DNA from: Clostridia bacterium
GTDB lineage: Bacteria > Bacillota > Clostridia > Oscillospirales > CAG-272
NCBI GenBank assembly: GCA_017416185.1
Contig: JAFQDF010000033.1
Coordinates: forward strand, 92,634-156,633
Length of the DNA: 64,000 nucleotides
Reading direction: 5' to 3'
Below, piece after piece: positions 29,702 to 40,056 of this stretch. The position numbers and the translations under genes are program-made. Each line of letters starts with the position of its first letter. Position 1 is the first letter of the stretch. Under the pieces are notes generated by a model. The model was given only the letters and a program-made list of their open reading frames with translations, was not told the origin of the DNA and did not search any database.

Positions 29702-31006
29702 TTAATTCTCTTTCTTTTTACTTTTGCGGTTTTTGAGCATTCCCTTGAGCATTACCGCCTCGGCGACCAGCTTGACATTGGGACGCATATCCTTAATTAA
29801 TACAGGGAACAGGAATATGGTGGAGATCTGGGTGATCAAGGTTGCTATAGCCGCACCGCTTGCGCCGAATATGGGAATAGCAAAGTAATTTAAGACTATA
29901 TTCAGAGCAGCAGAGCCCGCATACATATACTTCAGATATTTTTGCTTGCGCTCACACACTATCCATATATCTCTTGCTACACCTAAGTAAGAGAATGCAA
30001 CATACCATGTAACGATTCTCAAGGGTGTTGTGGCAGGAAGATAGGCCTCTCCGTATACAATTTTTATAAACAGAGGAGCTACTACAAAAACACAAGAGGA
30101 TGCAAACAGAGAAAAATAGAAGATTATAGCATAAAGGTTACGGTTGCCTTGTATATACTTTTCTTTGTTTTCATTATGATCTCGCATAATGCCCGGCTTC
30201 ATGGAATCTATGATTGCTGCCAGAATAAATGCCCACATCGTGCTTATAGAAAAAGCCAAGGCATAATAACCGACAGAGGTCTCGTCAAGCATCTGCTTGA
30301 GCATAAGCTTATCTGTAGCCGCATATACCGCAACCATAAGGCCGGAAAGTATATAGCTGCAGCTGACACTGAGAAGCTCCTTTGCCTTTCTCAGTGAAAA
30401 TGAAAGCCTGGGACCGTGATTTGTCTTATAGAATATAACCAACAAAACTGCGACTATAGCATAGTCCACAGAGTTTGCAATAGCAAACCACTGAGTGCTT
30501 TTGCCTGTCATCAGTAAAACTATACGGTAAGTAGAAGCAGCAAGATAGGATACAAGAGTTGCTATTGCATAATACTTTGAAAGAAGCTTTGACTGGAACC
30601 AATAATTGAAGGTATCAAAAACATGAAAAACAAGACTGATACAATAAAGCGCAACAACAACTATAGTTACCGTTTCACCGCGGTCAATAATACTGACTAT
30701 ACCTGTAATGGTACACAATGAAAGAAAACTGGATACTAATCGCAGGATCAGGGTAGTTCCTAATGTTTCGCCCTCCTCCTCGGGATGGTCTATAAAGTTT
30801 TTTACGATTACAGAATTGATACCCAAAGTACAAAAGGCATTGAAAAAGGTTGCAAAGGCTGTAGCATAATTGATCAGTCCGTAGTTTCCGGGGCCGAGAT
30901 ATCTTGCGCTTAACAGCCCTATGACAAAGGACAGTATTATATGTATGATTCTTCCGCCTATAAGCCATCCTGCATTGCGGGCTGTTCTGTTTTTAAAAAA
31001 TTTCAT
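29702..31006 (-). CDS. wzx: Polysaccharide flippase
   Basis: ARYLGPGNYG, TDKLML, VGYYALA, LNY..IP.FGASGAAIAT. Confidence 0.88.
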   Translation of the reverse strand: MKFFKNRTARNAGWLIGGRIIHIILSFVIGLLSARYLGPGNYGLINYATAFATFFNAFCTLGINSVIVKNFIDHPEEEGETLGTTLILRLVSSFLSLCTITGIVSIIDRGETVTIVVVALYCISLVFHVFDTFNYWFQSKLLSKYYAIATLVSYLAASTYRIVLLMTGKSTQWFAIANSVDYAIVAVLLVIFYKTNHGPRLSFSLRKAKELLSVSCSYILSGLMVAVYAATDKLMLKQMLDETSVGYYALAFSISTMWAFILAAIIDSMKPGIMRDHNENKEKYIQGNRNLYAIIFYFSLFASSCVFVVAPLFIKIVYGEAYLPATTPLRIVTWYVAFSYLGVARDIWIVCERKQKYLKYMYAGSAALNIVLNYFAIPIFGASGAAIATLITQISTIFLFPVLIKDMRPNVKLVAEAVMLKGMLKNRKSKKKEN

Positions 31007-32166
31007 TCTTTGTTTTCCTTAAACCAATTATCCTTTAAGATCTCTGCCTTACTGCAGGGACCGTCCTCAAAAAGCCCGGGATTATTTTCTCCTGACAGTA
31101 GCTTTTCCGACAGCTGCAAAAACCTCGAAGCAGCAGTCTTTGCATTCCATAATCCTGTCATTGTTTCATAAGCGGCACTTCCAAGCCGTTTTTGTTCTTC
31201 GGGATGATCCAACAAATACTTGACCTTATCGAACAACATTTCAGTATTTTCGGATTCGTATAAAAATCCGTTTTCACCGTCACGTACAAGAAAAGGTGCA
31301 GATCCCACCGCATGGCTTGTAACAACAGCACATCCGCTGTTCATAGACTCGTTGAGCACTGCCCCCCAGCCCTCCTGTCGGTCGCTGGTAAACAAATATA
31401 TGCCTGCTTCCTCCATATATGTTCTGACCTTTTCGGGAGGCATAGAACCGAGAAAAGTAATTTTATCCGAAACTCCAAGATCATATGAAAGTTGCTTTAG
31501 CTCTTCTTCCATTACTCCGCCGCCTACGATATTCAACAAAAAATCATAACCTGCTGATTTTAGCTTTGCGGCAAGGGTAATAACGTCATCGGGATGCTTC
31601 CAATCTATAAAACGTCCGCACCACATAATGGTGTTGGTTTTCTTTTGGGACATCAAAGAATCTGTATCATATTCATTTACCGCCGGAAAATATCCCCATT
31701 TATATGCACGGTTCTTATATAAACCCACACCTGCATAATCACCTGCCGCATATGCACTGGCACAAAGCATATAAATATTCTTATTTCCCATATCCCTCTT
31801 ATTGAGCTTTATACCGTGATAAAACTTTTTAAGATAAGATATTTTTTTCTTAAAAGGACGTTCTGTATATCTGAACAAAAGCTTGTTCTGACGTATACGG
31901 TCTTTAAGAATATCGGATGGCACACCGCCTGCAATAACTACATCGGCATCATTTATTAAGAATAATGCTTTTTTTCGTTGCTCCTCTCCTTCATAGCAAA
32001 GAAGCACATATGGGGGATTATCCTGTGCATAGCCTAATTTTCTTCTCTCCTCACGCATTACGGTAGTGGAGATAAAGGTAAAATCCGAGCCGAGTCTTTG
32101 ATACAGCTCTTCACAGAAGGGCTTTTGATGATGGTTAAAATAATTTGAAACAAATACTATTTTCAT
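31003..32166 (-). CDS. Glycosyltransferase family 4
   Basis: Real start MKIVFVSNY at 32166; GRFIDWK, EGWGAVLNE. Confidence 0.85.
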   Translation of the reverse strand: MKIVFVSNYFNHHQKPFCEELYQRLGSDFTFISTTVMREERRKLGYAQDNPPYVLLCYEGEEQRKKALFLINDADVVIAGGVPSDILKDRIRQNKLLFRYTERPFKKKISYLKKFYHGIKLNKRDMGNKNIYMLCASAYAAGDYAGVGLYKNRAYKWGYFPAVNEYDTDSLMSQKKTNTIMWCGRFIDWKHPDDVITLAAKLKSAGYDFLLNIVGGGVMEEELKQLSYDLGVSDKITFLGSMPPEKVRTYMEEAGIYLFTSDRQEGWGAVLNESMNSGCAVVTSHAVGSAPFLVRDGENGFLYESENTEMLFDKVKYLLDHPEEQKRLGSAAYETMTGLWNAKTAASRFLQLSEKLLSGENNPGLFEDGPCSKAEILKDNWFKENKE

Positions 32167-32194
32167 ATAACATCTGACCCTTTCTGAAAAATCC

Positions 32195-32266
32195 TGACCG
32201 ATTCTGCCGTAAATTTGATTTACGTTGCCCGCCGCACGCCCCGTGGAGGCTTCGATCATGTGCGGC
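32195..32266 (-). ncRNA. HDV-like self-cleaving ribozyme candidate (copy B)
   Basis: P1 GCCGCAC/GUGCGGC, P2 UGAUCGA/UCGGUCA, P3 GCC/GGC, L3 UCCACGG, P1.1 CC/GG, GGGCAAC, P4 CGUAAAU/AUUUACG, J4/2 GCAGA. Confidence 0.85.
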
Positions 32267-32296
32267 ACCCCCCGAAGGGGGAACACCGTAGGGTGT

Positions 32297-35200
32297 TTAT
32301 TTTAATATCAATCTGCCTTCAGCATCGAACTGATATGTACCTGCAGGCAACAGGCCGTTAGCTCTTGCCGCATTGAAGGAGTACGTACAGTTCTTGACTG
32401 CCTTTGAAGAGGAGTTGATGTAATAGTAGTTGCCTTCGTACTCAACGAGACCCTTACTCTTAACAGCTACACCGTTTTCATAGTAACGGATGTTGCCGTC
32501 GGGATCCCATACAAGTCCGTTTTTAGGTGCATTGGGATCGGGAAGTTTTTCAATTATCTGTGTTTCAGTAACACCACAGACTGTACAAGATCTTGTCTTG
32601 ATACCTGTTGAGGTGGTGGCAGGTGTTGTTACTACCCAGTCACCCCATATATGTGCTGAACAAACCAGCATAGGAATTTCCCTTGTATCGGTTGCGCCGC
32701 AGTTCACACAGGTGCCTGTTTCGATACCCTTTGAGGTATAGCTTGCAGGGGTCGTTACCACCCAGCTCATAATATGCTCGGCACAGATAAGCATGGGTAT
32801 CTCCCTTGTATCACTTGCCTTACAGTTGGTGCAGGTGCCTGTTTCGATACCCTTTGAGGTATAGCTTGCAGGGGTCGTAACTATCCAGCTCATAATATGC
32901 TCGGCACAGATAAGCATAGGCAGCTCTCTTGTCTCGCTTACCTTACAGTTGGCACAGGTGCCTGTTTCAATACCCTTTGAGGTATAGCTTGCAGGGGTTG
33001 TAACTACCCAATTCATAATATGCTCTGTACAGATAAGCATGGGGATCTCTCTTGTCTCTGCCTCGCCGCAGCCTGCACAGGTCCTTGTTTCCACACCTAT
33101 ATTGGTATAGCTTGCGGGAGTTGTCAGGAGCCAGTTGCTCCATACGTGGGTATGGTCAAGCATGGGAATTCTGCGGCTCTCGGTGACTGCACAATCGGCA
33201 CAGGTCCTTTCCTCAAGACCTACAGTACTTTCACTTGCCGGGGTCTTGACTGTCCAAGAGCTCCAGATATGCTCTGTACAAGTAAACATAGGAATTTCCT
33301 TGGTCTCGGTCTCCCCGCACTTGGGACAAGCTCTGCTCTCGATACCTTTTTCAATGTAGCTTGCAGGAGCTGTGATGAGCCAATCACTCCATACATGGGT
33401 ATGGTCAAGCGTGGGAATATCCCTTGCCTCGGTCTCACCGCAGAGGGTGCAAAGCCTGATCTCATTACCTACAGTATCCTCTGTTGCGGAGGATACAACT
33501 GTCCATACAGACCAGCTGTGAGCACAGGAAAGGGGAGAAATTTCACCCTTTTCGCTTGCTTTACAGTAATAGCAATCTCTTGACTGAAGACCTGCTTCAG
33601 TATCGGTGGCAGGAGTGATCACAGTCCACTCTGCCCAGAAATGAGCCTTGCAGTCAGCTACGGGAGGATCGATGATCCTGCCCTGTGCATCAAATTTATA
33701 GGTGCCTGCAGGGAGCAGACCGTTTGCTCTTGCTGCATTGAAGGAGTATGTACAGTTCTTGACTGCCTTAGAGGTGGAGTTGATGTAGTAGTAATCTCCA
33801 TTATATATAACAAGACCTTTACTCTTAACAGCTACACCGTTTTCATAATAACGTATGTCACCGTTGGCATCCTTCACAATGCCGTTCTTGGTAGCATTGG
33901 GATTCACAACGGGAATGCTCTGCGTTTCGGTCATACCGCACTGAGTACAGCCTCTTGTCTGAACTCCTGCAGAGGTGGTTGTGGCCTCGGTCATAATGAT
34001 CCAGCCGCCCCAGGTATGTGTGCAACCGGGAACTCCAAGCATTGGAATCTCTCTTTCCTCAGTGGCATTACATACTGCACAGGCTCTTGCTTCAATGCCT
34101 GCCTCTTCATAGCTTGCAGCGCTCTTTACCGTCCATATACCCCATATATGCTCTGCACATACGAGCATAGGAATTTCCTCGATTTCGACAGCACCGCAGT
34201 TTGCACAAACAGCAGTCATTTCGCCTGCAGAGGTATAGCTTGCAGGAGCAGTTATTGTATAACTCCAAATATGCTCTGTGCAAAGGAGCTTGGGAGTTTC
34301 TCTTGTCTCGGCTTCACCGCAGCCGACACAGGCTCTGGACTCAACGCCGGAGACTGTATAGCTTGCAGGAGCTGTAATAAGCCAGGAGCTCCATACATGA
34401 ACATGCTCAAGTATAGGTATCTCTCTGGTTTCAGCTTCGCCGCAGTTTGCACAGGTTCTGCTTTCAATACCCACAGAGGTCTCGGTCGCAGGAGTTGTTA
34501 CTGTCCACGCACTCCAGATATGCTCTGTACAAATGAGCATGGGAATTTCTCTTGTTTCTGTTTCACCGCAGCCTGCGCAGGTTCTGACTTCAGCACCGAC
34601 AGAGGTGTAAGTGGCAGGAACTGTTACAATCCAGTCGCTCCATACGTGAGTATGTTCAAGCAGGGGGATCTCTGCGGTTTCTTTTTCGCCGCAAAGGGTA
34701 CATTCTCTGGCTTGAACACCTGTAGAAGTCTCGGTTGCAGGAGTTGATACCACCCATTCGCCCCAGCTGTGTGTGCATATGAGCATGGGAATATTACGTG
34801 TTTCGCTTGCACCGCACTTGGGACAAGTTCTTGTTTCAACACCCTCGGACGTATAACTTGCGGGAGTTGTTACTACCCATTCGCCCCAAATATGTGTATG
34901 CGGCAGCTTGGGAATTTCTCTGGTTTCCTTTTCGCCGCAGGAACAGCTTCTGGTTTCAGTACCTACCGTATCCTCAGTTGCGGGAACTGTTACCGTCCAG
35001 GCACTCCAGCTGTGTGTATGTACCGAAAGCTCTCTTGTTTCGGATGTACCGCAGTAGCAGCATTTTCTGATCTCAAGACCCGCTGCGTCAGCGGTCTTCC
35101 ATTCTCCCCAATAGTGAGCCCTGCACTTGGTAACGGGGGGATCGATCAGCTTGCCTGTAGCATCGAACTTATATGTGCCTGCAGGAAGCAGACCGTTTGC

Positions 35201-38200
35201 CATAGACGCAGCGAAGGAGTAAGAACAATTCTTAACTGCTTTAAGGGAAGAATTGATATAGTAAAAGTTACCTTCATTATCTCTCACAAGACCTGCACGG
35301 GTAGCCTTGCCGTCAACATAGTAACGGACATCACCGTTTGAATCCTTGATAAGTCCGTTTTTCACAGAAGATGCAGGTATCTGCTGTGTCTCGGTCTTGC
35401 CGCACTCGGTACAGCCTCTGCCCTCTACACCTGCAGAAGAAGCGGTGGGTTGAGTATGGATGACCCACGCACCCCATATATGAGTACATACCTTAACAGG
35501 AACGATCTGTGTTTCGGTAAGCGTACAAAGGGTACACGATCTGGTCTCAATTCCTGTTTCGGTATAGCTTGACGGTACTGTTACCGTCCAAGCACTCCAC
35601 ACATGGGCAGTGCAGGTAACCTTAGGAATTATCAGCTCCTCATAAACGTCACAAAGCTTACAATCTCTTCTTTTGTAGCCCTCGGAGGTATAGGTTGCAG
35701 AGGTTACAATGACCCAGTTGCCAAATGTATGGGTTGCACACTCCACGTAGGGCGGATCGATCATCTTACCGTCGTCACCAAACTGATATGTACCTGCAGG
35801 CAAGAGACCGTTGGTCATTGACTCAGGAACGGTAAAGCTGCAGTTCTTTACAGCCTTGAGATCCGAGTGGATATAGTAATATGCTCCGTTGTCCTCTACG
35901 TCTCTTATAAGACCTGCATAGGTTGCAACGCTGTCAACATAGTAACGTACCTCACCGTCATCATCTCTGATAATGCCGTTTTTGATCCATTCTGCCTCAA
36001 CACCGTTTTCATAATAATGTGTCTTTTGATCGGGGCCCTTAAAAAGACCGGTATAAAGCACCTTGCCGTCAGAGGCGATAGCATAGCTGTTGCCGTTAAT
36101 ATCAACGCTGCCCGTTCCCTGAGACTTTACACCTGTCTTAAAGTAATACAGAACACCGTCAAAGGCATAAACGTCATCATTGAGCATTCGTCCCTCTGCA
36201 TCAAAGAAGTAGGTGCCTACGGGAAGCAATCCCTTGGTATATCCGCAGTAGAAGGACTGATTCTTTATGCCTGCGTATTTATTTGAAAAATAGAAGTAGT
36301 AATATTCTCCGTCTACCTTGTACATTCCGTACTGGGAGACGCCGTTTTTAACGTAATAGTGATTGCCGTTCCATCTGGCAAGGCCTGTATAATTCCATTT
36401 GCCCTGGCAGGCACCGTATTCGTCAAAAATATACCAGGTGTATGTATCGGATGCGTCATTTTGATCATCTACCCAGCGGGTACCTGTTGCAACGTATCCG
36501 TCCTTGTCGATGCAGTAGTCCTTACCGTCGATGGTGTACCAGGTCATACAGCTGCTTCCGCCCTTGAGACAGTCAGGGCCCTCATAATACTTATGGCCTG
36601 CGGCAGAGTGATACCATACACCGGATACCAGCTTGCCGTCGGGGTAGAACTCAAAGGTAACGTAGCCGTTATTATATGTATCTACAGAGGTATAGGTCTT
36701 GGTATCAAAGTAATACCAGGAGCCGCCCATGCTTACCCAGCCGCCCAGCAGCTTTCCGTTTACCAGATAACAGCTCTTTCCGTTCAGCTCAACAAGTCCG
36801 GTGCCGGTCTTTACATCACCGCAGACGCAAACGAGCTGTCCGTTTTTAACCTTATATATATGTCCTGTTGCAAGAGTGGTTTCACCCCACTTGACAACAG
36901 AGTCACAGCCGTAGCAGAAGCTTCTGCCCGTATACCCTGCCTCCTGACAGTTGCCTGCCTTGTCGGCGATAGCCACGGGAGTATGCTCGTGGAAGCCCAC
37001 ACCTGCCGAAATACAGCTGTTGAGCCATTCGTTTGCGCCCTCTGTACTGTCCTTTTCGGAATAGTTAAAGAACAGCTCGGTATCAACCGATATATCATTC
37101 ATTCCGAAAGCTCCGAAAACCTCGGATCCGTAGGAATCTACATATGTTACCTCGCCCTTTTCAAGAGCTATTTCCACACTCTGAGCCCAGATAACACCGT
37201 CACGGACCAGCTCTGCGGGAGATTTATCCGAGGAAGAGGTCCAGGTACGCACAGGTATTGTGGCAAGTATTGTCTCACCTGTGGAAATAACCTCACCTGT
37301 TCGCTCAATAACGATAGTTGCGATGTTATCCGCACTTTGAACAGCAGACGTTACACCAAAGCCTGCAGCAAGGGTCATACCCTCAAGCTCCCAGGAGGAA
37401 GCATTGTTAAGATCAAGGGACAGCGTCACCTTGTCTAATGTTTCTATTTGGGTAGCGGTAACGTCCAGCTGATAAACAGAGCCTATGGGCAGACGGTCGG
37501 CATCAGGATCGTGAGGCTCAACTCTGACACTTGAAAGCCCGCTGCCGCTCTTAATAATGATCTTTGCCTGTGTATAGGCGATATTTCCCTTGTTATCGGC
37601 GATTTTGAACATAACGGTATGAATACCGTCTGCCAGGGTTATGCCCGAAAGGGTAATTTTTTCGTTTTTATAGGTACAAGCTACCTCTACACCGTCAATA
37701 AATGCCTGTGCAGAGCGCTCATTAATGCCCGAAGCATTTGCAAAATCTGTATTTTCCGCAACAGATACCTCATAGGAGGCCTTGTTATAGCCGACTGTCT
37801 GTCCATTAAGAGCGTTTACCGCTCCGTTTGTGGGATCAATAACGCAAATATCGGAAAATACGGGAGCATAACGGTCATCCACCGCCTCCGAATAATCCAC
37901 TGTAATATCGTCGATATAAAATACAAATCTGCCGTTAAGATTTGTATTGTCAGTACTGTTGTCATCTACCGTTACGGTAATACTGTCAAAGGAATCGCCG
38001 CCCGGTGCTGCACTTATATAATTCCAACCCTCTGTGAGATCATATAGCTCGCCGACTTCGATACCGCCGTTGCCGAATTTTATTTCGGCATTACGTGCTT
38101 CGTAAGGAGCATAAAGCCAGAAGCCTACTGCAGTCGCATCGGTAGTGTCAAGTGCGGGGAAATTCACGGTAATGCTGTTATTGCCGGTTGTGTCAAGTGT

Positions 38201-39880
38201 GGTGAAATCACACTCAAAGGCCAAAGCCCAATCTCCGTTTTTGACCTTACCACCGGATTTATTGATAACATGGAGGTTACCGCAAGCTCCGTTTTCCGCA
38301 GAAACAGACCAGCCTGTAAGCTTTTCTGCCTCAGTTTCTATCTCGCCTTCGTTTTCAAAGGTATATACCACATTGGAGCCGTTGCCCAACGTGATGGAAG
38401 CAGAAGCGGTTGCACTACCTACAGTTGCGGAAATAACACCCGATGCTGCACCGACTCCCTCTGCGGTAGCCGTAAAGTAAAAGCCGTCGATTGACCCGAT
38501 ACTGTTATCCGACAGAGAAAAGCTCACGTCCGATTCTTTGAGCACCACGGTATTGCCTTGATACGAAGCATTGAGCACAACGGCTGTCTTTGCCCCGTAA
38601 GCCACTACCATACTTGACGATGCAAATGACAGCTTATCGGGCATAGCTATATGAATCGTATGCTCTCCGACGATCTCACCTTCAACACTTAACTGAACGG
38701 TTACGTCGCCGAGCTTACCGTTGGATACGAATATTCCTCTTTCAACAGTACCGAAGGAGGGATCTGTCAGCTGCCAAACGGCATCCACAGGAATATCTGC
38801 CGCAGCACCTGTATAGTCTGTACCTGTTGCAGAGAAAGAAACTGTACTGCCGGGAGTATAATAATCATATTCTGAAGAGATATGTGCCTGATCGAGAGTT
38901 CCCGAAGCAGGTGCGGTGGATATAACAAGAACTCCGTTGGTGGTGGGACGCTCCGCACCGTCGGAGGGCTTATTCTGCATCTTAAGCTCTTCTCCCGGAC
39001 GCTGTGACAGGAAGGTGGAGGATCCGCCTCCGTCACCGTTGGTCGCGTAAACGCAACCGAGGGACAGCATAAATTCTGCCATTTCATAGCAATTAAAGCC
39101 CACAGAATGAGGCGCCAGACGGCCCTCATTTACAACAAGGACTATCGTACCGTCTGCCTTGACACCCATAAAGGAACGGGATGCAGGCTCGGTGGGATCG
39201 TCGATACCGTAAATATTTTTGCCGTTTTCCAGAAGGGGATGGAAGTTTGCGGGGATAACCTGCTCCTCCCAGCCTGTGATGGCATCATAGGTCTGACGGA
39301 TCTCGGTTTTGGGAATATTGTCGGGACGCTTTACACCGTCCTTTTCGTCAAAATTAATTACAAGACATGTCCATGCACCGAAATAACGGCTCTGGCTGTT
39401 GGAATATTCAACTCCGTCCATAATGAGAAGACCCAGAGGCTCACCCACAAGCTCGGGGTGCTGGGCATAGTAGTCTGTATCATACCAATGAAGGGTGGTA
39501 TTCATAGCGGCAACCACGTTACCGTATCCGTGCTCCTCGGCATATTTTGCCTGCTCGGACATAACCTGGGTGCCGTATTTTTTTGCCTGCAAGCCCTCGG
39601 CCATACCCTTTGCGCTGGGCATAACCTTGGTGTAAGGATTATGTATGTCGATCTCCACAACGTGATTTACCTGACGTTTGCTGCCCGCAGCATTGTTCAG
39701 GATGATCTCGGACTCGGTTATACCCGGCGCAAGCTCCCAGTCTGTTTTGGAAATAACGCTGTAATAACCGTCAGGACTGTCCTTGAAGTCAACAGCAAGT
39801 GAGGCTATGGGAAAAATACCAATTAAAAAGATAAAACAAAGAAGAATGGAGATGATTTTGGTGAAAAGATCGGTTTTCAT
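32297..39880 (-). CDS. Giant secreted surface protein (~2527 aa): NAGPA-like phosphodiester glycosidase domain, aromatic cell-wall-binding-like modules, many Cys/His repeats
   Basis: GAAAGGAG RBS before ATG 39880; signal peptide; ASRSFMG, NGDGGGSS; ~38-aa repeats C.H.W..W....PA.....G.E.R.C..C. Confidence 0.82.
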   Translation of the reverse strand: MKTDLFTKIISILLCFIFLIGIFPIASLAVDFKDSPDGYYSVISKTDWELAPGITESEIILNNAAGSKRQVNHVVEIDIHNPYTKVMPSAKGMAEGLQAKKYGTQVMSEQAKYAEEHGYGNVVAAMNTTLHWYDTDYYAQHPELVGEPLGLLIMDGVEYSNSQSRYFGAWTCLVINFDEKDGVKRPDNIPKTEIRQTYDAITGWEEQVIPANFHPLLENGKNIYGIDDPTEPASRSFMGVKADGTIVLVVNEGRLAPHSVGFNCYEMAEFMLSLGCVYATNGDGGGSSTFLSQRPGEELKMQNKPSDGAERPTTNGVLVISTAPASGTLDQAHISSEYDYYTPGSTVSFSATGTDYTGAAADIPVDAVWQLTDPSFGTVERGIFVSNGKLGDVTVQLSVEGEIVGEHTIHIAMPDKLSFASSSMVVAYGAKTAVVLNASYQGNTVVLKESDVSFSLSDNSIGSIDGFYFTATAEGVGAASGVISATVGSATASASITLGNGSNVVYTFENEGEIETEAEKLTGWSVSAENGACGNLHVINKSGGKVKNGDWALAFECDFTTLDTTGNNSITVNFPALDTTDATAVGFWLYAPYEARNAEIKFGNGGIEVGELYDLTEGWNYISAAPGGDSFDSITVTVDDNSTDNTNLNGRFVFYIDDITVDYSEAVDDRYAPVFSDICVIDPTNGAVNALNGQTVGYNKASYEVSVAENTDFANASGINERSAQAFIDGVEVACTYKNEKITLSGITLADGIHTVMFKIADNKGNIAYTQAKIIIKSGSGLSSVRVEPHDPDADRLPIGSVYQLDVTATQIETLDKVTLSLDLNNASSWELEGMTLAAGFGVTSAVQSADNIATIVIERTGEVISTGETILATIPVRTWTSSSDKSPAELVRDGVIWAQSVEIALEKGEVTYVDSYGSEVFGAFGMNDISVDTELFFNYSEKDSTEGANEWLNSCISAGVGFHEHTPVAIADKAGNCQEAGYTGRSFCYGCDSVVKWGETTLATGHIYKVKNGQLVCVCGDVKTGTGLVELNGKSCYLVNGKLLGGWVSMGGSWYYFDTKTYTSVDTYNNGYVTFEFYPDGKLVSGVWYHSAAGHKYYEGPDCLKGGSSCMTWYTIDGKDYCIDKDGYVATGTRWVDDQNDASDTYTWYIFDEYGACQGKWNYTGLARWNGNHYYVKNGVSQYGMYKVDGEYYYFYFSNKYAGIKNQSFYCGYTKGLLPVGTYFFDAEGRMLNDDVYAFDGVLYYFKTGVKSQGTGSVDINGNSYAIASDGKVLYTGLFKGPDQKTHYYENGVEAEWIKNGIIRDDDGEVRYYVDSVATYAGLIRDVEDNGAYYYIHSDLKAVKNCSFTVPESMTNGLLPAGTYQFGDDGKMIDPPYVECATHTFGNWVIVTSATYTSEGYKRRDCKLCDVYEELIIPKVTCTAHVWSAWTVTVPSSYTETGIETRSCTLCTLTETQIVPVKVCTHIWGAWVIHTQPTASSAGVEGRGCTECGKTETQQIPASSVKNGLIKDSNGDVRYYVDGKATRAGLVRDNEGNFYYINSSLKAVKNCSYSFAASMANGLLPAGTYKFDATGKLIDPPVTKCRAHYWGEWKTADAAGLEIRKCCYCGTSETRELSVHTHSWSAWTVTVPATEDTVGTETRSCSCGEKETREIPKLPHTHIWGEWVVTTPASYTSEGVETRTCPKCGASETRNIPMLICTHSWGEWVVSTPATETSTGVQARECTLCGEKETAEIPLLEHTHVWSDWIVTVPATYTSVGAEVRTCAGCGETETREIPMLICTEHIWSAWTVTTPATETSVGIESRTCANCGEAETREIPILEHVHVWSSWLITAPASYTVSGVESRACVGCGEAETRETPKLLCTEHIWSYTITAPASYTSAGEMTAVCANCGAVEIEEIPMLVCAEHIWGIWTVKSAASYEEAGIEARACAVCNATEEREIPMLGVPGCTHTWGGWIIMTEATTTSAGVQTRGCTQCGMTETQSIPVVNPNATKNGIVKDANGDIRYYENGVAVKSKGLVIYNGDYYYINSTSKAVKNCTYSFNAARANGLLPAGTYKFDAQGRIIDPPVADCKAHFWAEWTVITPATDTEAGLQSRDCYYCKASEKGEISPLSCAHSWSVWTVVSSATEDTVGNEIRLCTLCGETEARDIPTLDHTHVWSDWLITAPASYIEKGIESRACPKCGETETKEIPMFTCTEHIWSSWTVKTPASESTVGLEERTCADCAVTESRRIPMLDHTHVWSNWLLTTPASYTNIGVETRTCAGCGEAETREIPMLICTEHIMNWVVTTPASYTSKGIETGTCANCKVSETRELPMLICAEHIMSWIVTTPASYTSKGIETGTCTNCKASDTREIPMLICAEHIMSWVVTTPASYTSKGIETGTCVNCGATDTREIPMLVCSAHIWGDWVVTTPATTSTGIKTRSCTVCGVTETQIIEKLPDPNAPKNGLVWDPDGNIRYYENGVAVKSKGLVEYEGNYYYINSSSKAVKNCTYSFNAARANGLLPAGTYQFDAEGRLILK

Positions 39881-39950
39881 AAAGGATCTCCTTTCCGGTT
39901 TATATATTTCAAATTGACCGTTACAGGTAATTTGCAAACCCTCGGTTTGA

Positions 39951-40026
39951 ACGACCGAATCAGCCGAAATCTTAAATGATTTCGTTGCCCGCCGCACGCC
40001 CCGTGGAGGCTTCGATTATGTGCGGC
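39951..40026 (-). ncRNA. HDV-like self-cleaving ribozyme candidate (copy C)
   Basis: P1 GCCGCAC/GUGCGGC, P2 AUCGAA/UUCGGU, P3 GCC/GGC, L3 UCCACGG, GGGCAAC, P4 CGAAAUC/GAUUUCG, J4/2 GCUGA. Confidence 0.85.
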
Positions 40027-40056
40027 ACCCCCCGAGGGGGGAACACCGTAGGGTGT

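Noticed and set aside
32167-32286. ORF-track N-terminal extension of the GT4 (and 39881-39997 of the giant protein)
   Set aside because: Extensions run through the ribozyme folds; better starts with RBS lie at 32166 and 39880
32600-35700. Regular ~114-bp DNA repeats as CRISPR or DGR template
   Set aside because: In-frame protein repeats with mostly third-position variation; no reverse transcriptase, and no adenine-specific mismatch pattern noticed
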